Below are positions 1 through 8,764 of a stretch of 55,661 bases of DNA, piece by piece. How positions within the stretch are numbered: position 1 is the first letter of the stretch; every line of letters begins with the position of its first letter. A program made the position numbers and the translations under genes. This DNA is from Anaerovoracaceae bacterium (lineage in GTDB: Bacteria; Bacillota; Clostridia; Peptostreptococcales; Anaerovoracaceae): the NCBI GenBank assembly GCA_047637815.1, contig JBLJBD010000058.1, forward strand, positions 1 to 55,661. Reading direction: 5' to 3'. The notes under the pieces are model-generated. The model was not told where the DNA came from, ran no database searches, and worked only from the letters and a program-made list of their open reading frames with translations.

Positions 1-314
1 GCGCAGATTTTTACATTGGCTCTGGTGTAGCCGATGGAATTCCGAACGATTTCAAAAGCTCTTCCTGTAGCAAACATGGCGAAGGTGCTGGCACAAACCA
101 CCTTGCCGGATATGGCCATGCCGGTAGCTGCGCCATAGAGGTTTTGCTCGGCGATTCCCATATTGATAAAACGCTCCGGAAACACTTTCCCGAATTCGGC
201 GGTCATCGTGGACTTGGACAGGTCCGCATCCATAACCACCAGGTTTTCCATTTCATGGCCCAGTTCGACCAATACTTCTCCGTAAGCCTGTCTTGTAGCC
301 ATTTTTACTGTCAT
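1..314 (-). CDS. transketolase, C-terminal (pyrimidine-binding) subunit; only the 5' part is in the window
   Basis: My translation of the minus strand from the ATG at 314 gives MTVKMATRQAYGEVLVELGHEMENLVVMDADLSKSTMTAEFGKVFPERFINMGIAEQNLYGAATGMA..., typical of split transketolase subunit B. The start forms an ATGA overlap with the stop of the upstream subunit gene. GGAGG lies about 9 nt upstream. An alternative ATG is at 320. Confidence 0.85.
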   Translation of the reverse strand, partial: MTVKMATRQAYGEVLVELGHEMENLVVMDADLSKSTMTAEFGKVFPERFINMGIAEQNLYGAATGMAISGKVVCASTFAMFATGRAFEIVRNSIGYTRANVKIC

Positions 315-1132
315 GCCCATACACCTCCCAATTCCTCAACTGCCCGCTTTGCTTCCTCTTCGTTGGGAGCTTTTCCGTGCCATCCGGCACTTCCTTCCAT
401 AAAGGAAACCCCTTTGCCTTTGATCGTCCTGGCAATGATCAGGGTAGGCTTCCCCTTGCAGGCCCGGGCCTGATCCAGGGCGTCTATGATTTCCGGCAGG
501 CTGTGGCCGTCGATCATCAGGACATTCCATCCAAAGCTGGCAAATTTCTGATCAATCGGTTTTACGGTCATGACATCATCGTTGTTGCCGTCAATCTGGA
601 GTCCGTTCCAATCAACGAAAGCCACCATGTTGTCCAGCTTATAGTGACCAGCCGACATGGCTGCTTCCCAGACAAGACCTTCCTGCAGCTCTCCGTCTCC
701 CAGAAGCACATAGACCCGGGAGTCTTTCTTATCCATTTTCCGGGCCATAGCCGCTCCGCCAGCTGCCGAAAACCCCTGACCCAGGGAACCGGTAGACATC
801 TCCACTCCCCGAACCTTCCGCATGTCCGGATGGCCCTGAATGTTGGAATTGATCTTCCTCAGGGTCAGCAGCTCTTCCTCCGGGAAAAACCCCTTTTCCG
901 CCAGTGCCGAATAAAGCACCGGTGCTGCGTGTCCCTTGGATAATATGAATATATCCCGGTCATCCATTTTCGGGTTTTCGGGATCCAGCTTCATCTCATG
1001 AAAAAACAATACGGACAGAATATCTGCCGCCGACAGGGAACCCCCCGGATGTCCGGATCCTGCAGAATGCAGGGCTTTGATAATATTGATCCGGATATTG
1101 GTGGCTCGCTGCTCCAGTTCCTTGAAATTCAT
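311..1132 (-). CDS. transketolase, N-terminal (TPP-binding) subunit
   Basis: ORF 311..1183 contains SGHPGGSLSAADIL, LSKGHAAP and GDGELQEG motifs of the transketolase N-terminal half. I trimmed the start to the ATG at 1132 (MNFKELEQRATN...), which is preceded by AGGAGG. Confidence 0.9.
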   Translation of the reverse strand: MNFKELEQRATNIRINIIKALHSAGSGHPGGSLSAADILSVLFFHEMKLDPENPKMDDRDIFILSKGHAAPVLYSALAEKGFFPEEELLTLRKINSNIQGHPDMRKVRGVEMSTGSLGQGFSAAGGAAMARKMDKKDSRVYVLLGDGELQEGLVWEAAMSAGHYKLDNMVAFVDWNGLQIDGNNDDVMTVKPIDQKFASFGWNVLMIDGHSLPEIIDALDQARACKGKPTLIIARTIKGKGVSFMEGSAGWHGKAPNEEEAKRAVEELGGVWA

Positions 1133-1193
1133 TTTTTCTTTGCCTCCTGATTTCTCTTGAACGGCCGGGCACTTCCCGGCCAATTAAATACTA

Positions 1194-1937
1194 TCAGCAG
1201 GAACGCTCCCATGTCAACAGACAATTTTCACGCAGGATTGGAATCAATAACTGGTTCCCTTTACAGGTCAAAATTTTCGGCAGGATCCGAACCAGTTTTT
1301 CCTGATGCTCTTCTCCAAGCTTGAGATGACTGCTGATATAGGCGGCGGCTTCCTCCTGATTCCTTACGGGCTGGCTGAAATCATGGATGAGCTGACGGCA
1401 TTCCACTTTCAGGCCGGCGGCTTCCAGACGGCTTTTGGCATAACAGCCATTCTGACAGGATTCCCGGGGAGCTTCCAGACCCAGCATGGGAAGAATTTTT
1501 TCCCCCAGGGTGGGCATGCAGGCCGGACCCTGGCAGGTCATGATTCCCCCTCTTTTAGCAATATTTAATATTTTCTGAACATTTTCGGTCGTCTCAGCAA
1601 ACCGATTGTGATAAAAGGAAACTACCACATCGCAGGGCTCCAGCTCCACATCCGGCCACTGGCCCAGCCGGGTTTCCACATTGGTGATCCCTCTTTTTTC
1701 CTTTTCCTGATCCAAAACCCGCAGTGCGTAAGGATCTTGATCAATGGCTATCACCTGGCTGCAAAGGGATGCCATAAATAAAGCCGGAACGCCAAAACCA
1801 CAGCCCACATCCCCGACCACATCGGTTTTTCTCAGGATTTCTCTCAGATAGCTGCCGAAGGGGATTTCCGGGTAATTCATAAATTCGGATGCCCAAAGAT
1901 AGGCTTCATGACTGTTTTCCTTCCAGAATTTTTTCAT
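1194..1937 (-). CDS. class I SAM-dependent methyltransferase
   Basis: Contains the VGDVGCGFGVPALF glycine-rich SAM-binding motif. The start is either the ATG at 1937 (AAGGAA 6 nt upstream, 10 nt after the tagA stop) or the ATG at 1958 (no SD, overlaps tagA). Confidence 0.7.
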   Translation of the reverse strand: MKKFWKENSHEAYLWASEFMNYPEIPFGSYLREILRKTDVVGDVGCGFGVPALFMASLCSQVIAIDQDPYALRVLDQEKEKRGITNVETRLGQWPDVELEPCDVVVSFYHNRFAETTENVQKILNIAKRGGIMTCQGPACMPTLGEKILPMLGLEAPRESCQNGCYAKSRLEAAGLKVECRQLIHDFSQPVRNQEEAAAYISSHLKLGEEHQEKLVRILPKILTCKGNQLLIPILRENCLLTWERSC

Positions 1938-1947
1938 GTCCGATTCC

Positions 1948-2709
1948 TTATCTGCCATCTCTGGCTGTAGTCAGAACCTTCAGAATAAAGAGGGGCAGCT
2001 GGGCCATTCTTTTGTAGCGGGATGGCTCCTGGATAAAACGAAACAGCCATTCCAGCCCGTACTTCTGATAGAATTCCGGCGCCCGGCGAACGGTGCCGGC
2101 CCACACATCCAAGCTTCCTCCAACCCCCATGCCGCACCGTACCGTTTCAAGGGCGGAAGCATTTCGGGCAATGAACTGTTCCTGTTTGGGAGAACCAAGA
2201 GCCACACAGAGGAAATCCGCCCCTGATTCATTAATCTGACGGATGATTTCATCTTCATCGTCTCTCTTGAAATATCCGTCCCTCGTACCGGCAATCTTCA
2301 GACCCGGATAGGCTTTTTTCATGGCTTCTCCGGCAAGATGAGCCACGGAAGGGCGTTCCTCTGAGGCAGGTTTGCTGCCAAGCAGATAGATGGACTTCCC
2401 GGTTTTTTCCAGTTCCTTCAGGATCGCTGTCAGAAAATCCACGCCGGTGACCCGCTCCCTAAGGGGTTTCCCTATTATTCGGCTGGCATAGACGAGACCG
2501 ATTCCGTCGGGTATGATCAGGGATGCTCCGGAAATAAGATCCTTCAGCTCCGGATCCTTTGATGCATTGAGAACGATTTCCGAGTTTGGGGTTACGATCA
2601 GGGAACATCCCGGTGCGTCCATCAGCCTTCGGAAACGGCTCAGGGCTTCCTCCTGAGTCACTGGATCAACCGGTATCCCTAATATTTCTATTCTTTTACT
2701 TTCCGTCAT
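1948..2709 (-). CDS. tagA: WecB/TagA/CpsF family glycosyltransferase (N-acetylmannosaminyltransferase type)
   Basis: Family-typical stretches are ILGIPVD, VTPNSEIV, IPDGIGLVYASR, LGSPKQEQF, GVGGSLDVWAG and GLEWLFR. The ATG at 2709 has GGAGA upstream and lies 1 nt after the csaB stop. Confidence 0.85.
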   Translation of the reverse strand: MTESKRIEILGIPVDPVTQEEALSRFRRLMDAPGCSLIVTPNSEIVLNASKDPELKDLISGASLIIPDGIGLVYASRIIGKPLRERVTGVDFLTAILKELEKTGKSIYLLGSKPASEERPSVAHLAGEAMKKAYPGLKIAGTRDGYFKRDDEDEIIRQINESGADFLCVALGSPKQEQFIARNASALETVRCGMGVGGSLDVWAGTVRRAPEFYQKYGLEWLFRFIQEPSRYKRMAQLPLFILKVLTTARDGR

Positions 2710-2710
2710 G

Positions 2711-3823
2711 CTATTTCTCCAATAAATCCTTGATGATTTCTTCGTTGGCATCCAGTTTTTTTCGGAGTGCTGCCATATTCTCCGATACTTTTATTCGATT
2801 TTTTTCCCGATCCTTCCATGCCCGGTTAAATTCCTCCATAAAGAAATCCGCATCGAAATCGTAAATGCTGCACATGGCCCGAAGACCGATGGAATGCAGG
2901 AAGGAATTGATCTTAGGGTCATAGGATATCCCAATCATGGGCACTTCCATGATGGCCGCATGAATGAGAGCGTGAAGCCGGACGCCCACCAGCAGATCCA
3001 TATTGCCGATGATGCTGAGCATCTCGTCCGTCAGATATTTATGCCGGAGAGCACAGACATCCCCCCCCAGCCGGTGCTGTAGTTCGTCGATGACGCCCAT
3101 ATCCTCACTGTAGTGAAAGGGAATGAGAACCAGCTGAACGTTGGCTTCCTTTCTCAGACGGTCCATGGCGATGGCCAGCTGATCGACAAAGCGGCTGCCT
3201 AATTTTCTCTCCCGGATGGCAAATCCAACGGTTATCTTATCGGTAGTCCGGACAAAACCTTCTTTTTCCAGAATCGCCATCCCCGTCCCCAGGTCTGCAG
3301 GAGGAATCCGGAGAACCGGGTCCGCTGTCACCAGGATTTCCTTGCCTGTGACTCCGATTTCCTGGAGAAACTCCCGGGAAGCGTCATCCCGGACCACAAT
3401 GCCGTCTGCCCGCTTCAGAATCCCACAGGTAATTTTTCGATTGATCAGAGAATTGATGGGACCGATTCCCTGACTGTAGATCAGAACTTTTTTTCGGAGC
3501 AGCCGGGCTGCCCACATGATGAACAGGTAGTAAAATATGCTTCGTTTGCTGGTAACATCCTGCAGAAGGCTTCCACCGCCACTGATCAGGATGTCGCAGT
3601 ACCAGAGGGCTTTCAAAATGGAAAGGATGGATCGCCGGTCCACGGAATCCACCTGGTATTTCTCCTTTGTGGAAGCCGGATCCTGGGACAGCACCGTGAT
3701 GGATGCTTCCGGTACTCGGCTTTTCAAATTATCGATAACAGCCCGGAGAATAGACTCATCCCCTATGTTGTTAAATCCATAGTAACCGGAGATCAGCAGA
3801 TTTTTAGAATGTTTCTTTGTCAA
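2711..3823 (-). CDS. csaB: polysaccharide pyruvyl transferase CsaB
   Basis: The N-terminus LISGYYGFNNIGDESIL and overall length are typical of CsaB-type pyruvyl transferases. The TTG start at 3823 is preceded by GGAGGAG and overlaps the upstream gene by 20 nt. Confidence 0.85.
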   Translation of the reverse strand: MTKKHSKNLLISGYYGFNNIGDESILRAVIDNLKSRVPEASITVLSQDPASTKEKYQVDSVDRRSILSILKALWYCDILISGGGSLLQDVTSKRSIFYYLFIMWAARLLRKKVLIYSQGIGPINSLINRKITCGILKRADGIVVRDDASREFLQEIGVTGKEILVTADPVLRIPPADLGTGMAILEKEGFVRTTDKITVGFAIRERKLGSRFVDQLAIAMDRLRKEANVQLVLIPFHYSEDMGVIDELQHRLGGDVCALRHKYLTDEMLSIIGNMDLLVGVRLHALIHAAIMEVPMIGISYDPKINSFLHSIGLRAMCSIYDFDADFFMEEFNRAWKDREKNRIKVSENMAALRKKLDANEEIIKDLLEK

Positions 3824-6011
3824 GTGCTTCTCCTCCGTCAGTCAGATAAGGTTGAACCCTTTTGGTGTACAAGCGGTAAAGCAGATCAAAAGCCAGGATG
3901 GCGATGATGCCCAGCACTATTCCGAAAAGCAGAGAATATCCGGTCCGGAAAAATCCCAGGTAAAGGGGCGTCCGGATATGCATGAAGGTGTTGATGACCG
4001 AAGTCACTCCGATACCTCCCGCAAGGCCGAATACCACGGTCCAGAGCCGCAGTTTCCGGATAGAGGTATACACCATCAGCATAATAGCCGGGAAAGCAAA
4101 GAGAAACTCTTTCGTTCTGGGTCTTGCAATCAGGGTGTCCTCCAAGCGGTTTCGGAAAAGCATCTCCACGCTGGAGACTTGAATGGAGGAGTCGTGGCCG
4201 GTCCTCATGATGTAATACGCTCCCATGGCCCCCAGCACGCCAGCCAGCAGGATCATCCAGACCTTGATGCTGGTATTCAGCATGTCCTTCATATCCAGAA
4301 TTTCCAGTTTCCCCGGTTCTTCCTTCCGATTTCCAAAGCCGTAATAGGAAAGGTAAGCAATGGCAAAATAGGCAAGGGGCAGCAATTGGGCAGCCTTGAC
4401 TCCGCGGAATATGTCAATTTCCAGCATATAGCTGACAGAAGAAAGGGGTGCTGCTGTCATCACGCCTCCGATCAGCGCTACCAGAACCGAAAGGATCAGG
4501 GTCAGGACAGCTGCCGGCAGGATCAAGGCAACCGAAGCATTCTTGTCCATCTTTTCCGCATACTCCCGGCTCATCCGGGTGAATACCGTGATCGCCAGGC
4601 AGCCGAAAAGCACAGCAGCAGCAAAACTGACCGCCAGTTCCAGCATCCCCGGGAAGGCAAAGGCGATACCTAAAACCCCGGCGATGCCCAAGACCCCCAG
4701 AATCCCTTTACCTTTTCGCCCGATGGGCAGGAACGCATCCAAGAGCAGCAGGCCGGCAAACACACACCCCATCCCCAGAAGGATCTTGAGGATCGGACTG
4801 GTCTGAAGAGCCGGCATTACCGATGCAGAATCCCTGGTGATGCCATGTTCACTCAAGCGAGCTTCCAGGTTTTCAAACATCTGTTGGTAAACCTGGGGAT
4901 CTGTCACATAGGTGTGAAGATCCTTGAACTCCATAACCGGCTTAAAATAAATGACTCGGATGTTTCTCTCCGTAATTGCCCGGAACAAGGTGTTTTCAAT
5001 TTCTTCCGCCCCTGGATACCCATAGTACTGATACCGGTTCTGGATATAATTCCAGACAGAAAAGACCCGGACCGTCTGATAATCATTGGCCTGAGCGATG
5101 GATTCCACACCGTACTGCATGATATTCTGAAGCTGGGTGGTGTTTTCAATGAGGCCGATTCGGATTCCATTATCTTTCAGATATTTCTCGGCCCTCTCCG
5201 TACCGTCATCATAGCCGATGACCGCTTCCCCGCCGACGATGATGTACTCCGGCTTGATGTCATATTTTTCATATTCTGAAATGACCGCCTCTGCATATCG
5301 GGTTCCGTTCCAACCGCTGTAGCTCAAGGTTCTGGGCACGATTTCCATGCCAGCTTCCTGAATGGCCGCCACTTTATCCGGAAGGAAGCCCAGACTGATG
5401 TACATCAGTTTCGAGCCTTCCAGACCGATTTTTTCCATGAATCCGGCGTTCTTGGAATTCATTTCCTTGTATTTTTCCGTATAAAGGGTCATGTTGGAAG
5501 TGCCATCCAGCAAAATATAGGTATTGTCCCCTTCTGCCACGATAAAATACCGTTCCGGATCCATCCTTTCCCGGATGGCTTCAGCAACAAATCCGCTGGT
5601 TTCGGTGTTCTTGATATCGATCAGGACATCAAAAGAATCAAAGCCATTGGTTTCCAATGCTTCGATCAAGGCTGACGGATACTGTTCCTGCCAACTGGCT
5701 TCTTTGGTGATGATCCCCATCAGTTCGCCGCTGACGGGAACATCGTCATTTTCCATCAGGGAGATAATATTCTCCTCCGTCAGGCCCACTTTGGTTACGC
5801 CCAGCTTATCATGAAAAAATCGAAGCCACCAGGACAGGTCCTGATCGGACTGTTCGGCCATCGCTTCAATTTCATTGTAGTCCAGGACCACATCCACCTG
5901 TTTATTTTTTGCTTCAACCCCCATCCGACTGCCGATGATCAGGGCAGCCAGCAGGAAAGGCAAAAGAATCCCAGCAATCAGGATCCTGTTCTTACGAAAA
6001 AACTCAGTCAT
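3804..6011 (-). CDS. large polytopic membrane protein of unknown function (DUF5693-like): N-terminal anchor, ~380-aa extracytoplasmic domain, multi-TM C-terminal half
   Basis: 735-aa ORF with a hydrophobic N-terminal helix (ILIAGILLPFLLAALIIG). The C-terminal ~330 aa consist of repeated hydrophobic segments. GGGAGAAG lies upstream of the ATG at 6011. The family assignment is from memory of csaB neighbourhoods. Confidence 0.6.
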   Translation of the reverse strand: MTEFFRKNRILIAGILLPFLLAALIIGSRMGVEAKNKQVDVVLDYNEIEAMAEQSDQDLSWWLRFFHDKLGVTKVGLTEENIISLMENDDVPVSGELMGIITKEASWQEQYPSALIEALETNGFDSFDVLIDIKNTETSGFVAEAIRERMDPERYFIVAEGDNTYILLDGTSNMTLYTEKYKEMNSKNAGFMEKIGLEGSKLMYISLGFLPDKVAAIQEAGMEIVPRTLSYSGWNGTRYAEAVISEYEKYDIKPEYIIVGGEAVIGYDDGTERAEKYLKDNGIRIGLIENTTQLQNIMQYGVESIAQANDYQTVRVFSVWNYIQNRYQYYGYPGAEEIENTLFRAITERNIRVIYFKPVMEFKDLHTYVTDPQVYQQMFENLEARLSEHGITRDSASVMPALQTSPILKILLGMGCVFAGLLLLDAFLPIGRKGKGILGVLGIAGVLGIAFAFPGMLELAVSFAAAVLFGCLAITVFTRMSREYAEKMDKNASVALILPAAVLTLILSVLVALIGGVMTAAPLSSVSYMLEIDIFRGVKAAQLLPLAYFAIAYLSYYGFGNRKEEPGKLEILDMKDMLNTSIKVWMILLAGVLGAMGAYYIMRTGHDSSIQVSSVEMLFRNRLEDTLIARPRTKEFLFAFPAIMLMVYTSIRKLRLWTVVFGLAGGIGVTSVINTFMHIRTPLYLGFFRTGYSLLFGIVLGIIAILAFDLLYRLYTKRVQPYLTDGGEALDKETF

Positions 6012-6034
6012 TCTCTTCTCCCTGTTTTGATTTA

Positions 6035-6439
6035 TTAACGAATGGTATAACTGCCCCGTATCAGGACCCAGGCTTCTGTGGATACCTTAATCCCTCTCCC
6101 GTCCCCTCTGGGAATAAGCAAAAGATGATTCAGCTCTACCTTCATGCCGCTCATCAGATCCCTGCCTCCGCTGATATCCGATACTCCGTTGGCACCATTG
6201 TCGATGGCAGTTCCTTCTCCGCTGCGAAGGATGATTTCCGTTCCTTCATCCCCGATCAGAGACTGGCCAGGCTGAAGCTGCAGCGGCACATAAACAGTCT
6301 TTCCGTCTACATAGCTTTTAGAGACCAGTGGATCAGCCTCAGAGCCCGGTGTCGTATCTGCTCCGGAGGCAGCCGCCATGCCGATACCGAAAAAAAGGAT
6401 ACCGGTCAGCAGAATCGGAAGGATTTTCTTTATTATCAT
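6035..6439 (-). CDS. small secreted or membrane-anchored protein, unknown function
   Basis: I trimmed ORF 6035..6604 to the ATG at 6439 (MIIKKILPILLTGILFFGIGMAAASGA..., signal-peptide-like). GGAGGA lies upstream, and the start forms an ATGA overlap with the nnr stop at 6436. Confidence 0.6.
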   Translation of the reverse strand: MIIKKILPILLTGILFFGIGMAAASGADTTPGSEADPLVSKSYVDGKTVYVPLQLQPGQSLIGDEGTEIILRSGEGTAIDNGANGVSDISGGRDLMSGMKVELNHLLLIPRGDGRGIKVSTEAWVLIRGSYTIR

Positions 6440-7260
6440 CGTTGTTCCTCCATTATTTTTTTCATCCCATAAGCAGTATACCGGCATAGATCTCCAGCCA
6501 TCAGGCCATCCTGACCAAAGCGGTCTGCTGCAAGGTCTCCCGCCAGACCGTGGATGCGGGTTCCCAGGCGGGCTGCTTCCCCGGCTTCGTACCCCTGCAC
6601 CCATAAGCTGCCGATAATTCCGGCCAATACGTCTCCGGATCCAGCGGTTGCCATCCCGGGATTTCCCGTATCATTGACCTGAAACCGATGACCGTCATAG
6701 ATCACCGTTTGATGACCCTTCAATACGATCACAGCACCGGTCGCTTCATGGAGCCTTCGGGCTGCATCCTTTCGTTCCTCCGGGAGGATTCTGTCCCCCG
6801 GTCCCATCCCCAACAGTTTTTTTGCTTCCCCCGGGTGAGGGGTCAGAATCAGCCGGGCTCTGGTTTGGTGCAGCCACCGGATTCGGTCTCCGGCAGCAAT
6901 CAGGTTGAGGCCGTCTGCATCCAGCAAAATTTTTTTGTCATATTCTTTCAGGATCCATTCCAGCAGTTTAAGTTCCAGGGAATCCAAGCCGATGCCCGGA
7001 CCAAAAATGATTGCATCATAGAATTGAAGGTCCTCCGGCCTTTCTTCCCGCTTCAGGCATATGGCCTCCGGCACAGAAATCTGAAGAACAGGGAAAAGCT
7101 TCTCCGGCAAGGATACCTTCACCAGGCCGGCTCCTGAACGATAGGCTCCTCTGGCACACAAAACAGCAGCCCCGGCCATACCAGGGCTGCCGGCAATAAT
7201 CAACAGTTTACCATAATCTCCCTTGTGAGAATCTTCTGTTCGAATTCGGAGTTTATCCAT
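6436..7260 (-). CDS. nnrD: ADP-dependent NAD(P)H-hydrate dehydratase (YjeF C-terminal/carbohydrate kinase domain)
   Basis: HKGDYGKLLIIAGSPGMAGAAVLCARGAYRSGAGLV and the C-terminal GSGDVLAGIIG motif match the family. Confidence 0.85.
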   Translation of the reverse strand: MDKLRIRTEDSHKGDYGKLLIIAGSPGMAGAAVLCARGAYRSGAGLVKVSLPEKLFPVLQISVPEAICLKREERPEDLQFYDAIIFGPGIGLDSLELKLLEWILKEYDKKILLDADGLNLIAAGDRIRWLHQTRARLILTPHPGEAKKLLGMGPGDRILPEERKDAARRLHEATGAVIVLKGHQTVIYDGHRFQVNDTGNPGMATAGSGDVLAGIIGSLWVQGYEAGEAARLGTRIHGLAGDLAADRFGQDGLMAGDLCRYTAYGMKKIMEEQR

Positions 7261-7261
7261 A

Positions 7262-8662
7262 TCACAACCCCAGAATCAAGGATGCCATCAGGAAATAGGT
7301 TAGGACGGAAATCATATCCGTCAGTGAGGAAATCATCGGACTGGCCATCAGGGCCGGGTCGATACCCACCTTTTTTGCCGCCATCGGCAGCAGGCTTCCG
7401 ATGCTCTTTGCCGCCATGACGATGACCAACATGGACAGACAGACCACTGCTGCTATCCAGGGGCCCTGGCCGTCCAGCCACCAGATTCTGGCAAAATTCA
7501 GGCTGCTTAAGATTAGTCCGATGATCATACTGACCCGAACCTCTTTCCAGAGTACTTTGCCCGCATCCCGAAGCTCCACATCCCCCAGAGCCATACCACG
7601 AATCACCAGGGTAGCCGACTGGGAGCCGGAATTGCCCCCGGTACCCATCAGCATCGGCATGTAGGCAACCAGGGAAATCACCTTCGAAAGGACGTCCTCA
7701 AAACCAGCGATGATGCCTCCGGTCACCACATAGGACAGCATAAGTATAAAGAGCCAGGGAAGCCGGTTCTTAACATGCTTCCAGACGCTGATATCCAGAT
7801 ATTCGGCATCGCCGGTGTCGATGACGCCAGCCATTCGCTCGAAGTCCTCGGTGGTCTCCTCTTCAATAACATCCAGGATATCGTCTACGGTGATGATGCC
7901 CACCAGTCGAAACTCATTATCAACGACCGGAATGGCCAGAAAACCATAACGTTTAAAGGCATCCGAAACCACTTCCTGGTCATCGTGAACATTAACCGAC
8001 ACAAAGTCTTCGTGCATCAGATCCCGGATCAGAGCATCGGAATCGGAAATCACCAGGGTTCGGAGAGAGATGATTCCCTGAAGCTTGCGGCCCTTTTCCT
8101 TGACATAACAGGTGTAGATGGTTTCGCTGTCCATCCCTTCCTTTTTGATGTAGGAAAGGGCCTGCTCCACCGTCATATCCCGATTGAGGCTGATGTAATA
8201 GGGGGTCATCAGGCTTCCTGCACTGCCATCCGGATAATTCAGGAAAGTGTTGATCAGCTTTCGCTCTTCCTTGGAGGTTTTTTCCAATATCTTATCCACC
8301 AGATTGGCCGGAAGTTCTTCCAGAACGTCGATCATATCGTCGAAATCCAGTTCATCCATGATGTACTTGATTTCCTTGTCGGTGATAACGTTGATGATGG
8401 CAACCTGATCTTCCGCCGGCAAATAGGAAAATACTTCTACCGACACATCCTTTGGCAGGGTCCGGAAAATAATCACCGTCTTTTCGATGCCCAGTTCCTC
8501 CAGGATTTCTTCCAGGATTTCCGCGATGTCCACTTCATTGTTTTTCAGCAGTTCATCCCGGGCAGCCACATATTTTTTCCCATTAAGGAGATCGATGATG
8601 TTTTCCACTATTTCTGCAAAGCTTTCTGTAAATCGCTTCTCAAAGCTTTTTTCTGTATCCAT
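7262..8662 (-). CDS. mgtE: magnesium transporter MgtE
   Basis: Has the MgtE N-domain, tandem CBS region and C-terminal TM domain (PMLMGTGGNSGSQSATL motif). The ATG at 8662 is preceded by AAGGAGGGAG; the GTG at 8680 in the ORF track is less likely. Confidence 0.9.
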   Translation of the reverse strand: MDTEKSFEKRFTESFAEIVENIIDLLNGKKYVAARDELLKNNEVDIAEILEEILEELGIEKTVIIFRTLPKDVSVEVFSYLPAEDQVAIINVITDKEIKYIMDELDFDDMIDVLEELPANLVDKILEKTSKEERKLINTFLNYPDGSAGSLMTPYYISLNRDMTVEQALSYIKKEGMDSETIYTCYVKEKGRKLQGIISLRTLVISDSDALIRDLMHEDFVSVNVHDDQEVVSDAFKRYGFLAIPVVDNEFRLVGIITVDDILDVIEEETTEDFERMAGVIDTGDAEYLDISVWKHVKNRLPWLFILMLSYVVTGGIIAGFEDVLSKVISLVAYMPMLMGTGGNSGSQSATLVIRGMALGDVELRDAGKVLWKEVRVSMIIGLILSSLNFARIWWLDGQGPWIAAVVCLSMLVIVMAAKSIGSLLPMAAKKVGIDPALMASPMISSLTDMISVLTYFLMASLILGL

Positions 8663-8719
8663 CCTTCTCCCTCCTTCCACTATTTATTGAAATGATCTGT
8701 TTATCGGCAACTCCGTATT

Positions 8720-8748
8720 ATTATAACCCCATTGGACTGTTTTTTCAA
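8720..8748 (-). promoter_or_regulatory. sigma-A type promoter for mgtE (TTGAAA-17 nt-TATAAT)
   Basis: Minus strand reads TTGAAA (8748..8743), a 17-nt spacer, then TATAAT (8725..8720). This leaves a leader of about 55 nt. Confidence 0.55.
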
Positions 8749-8764
8749 GCAGAAGGGGCTGTGG

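Noticed and set aside
8663-8764. I looked for an M-box (ykoK) magnesium riboswitch upstream of mgtE.
   Set aside because: Only about 100 nt separate mgtE from the upstream stop, and a consensus promoter leaves a ~55-nt AT-rich leader. That is far too short for the ~160-nt M-box, and no conserved M-box helices are visible.
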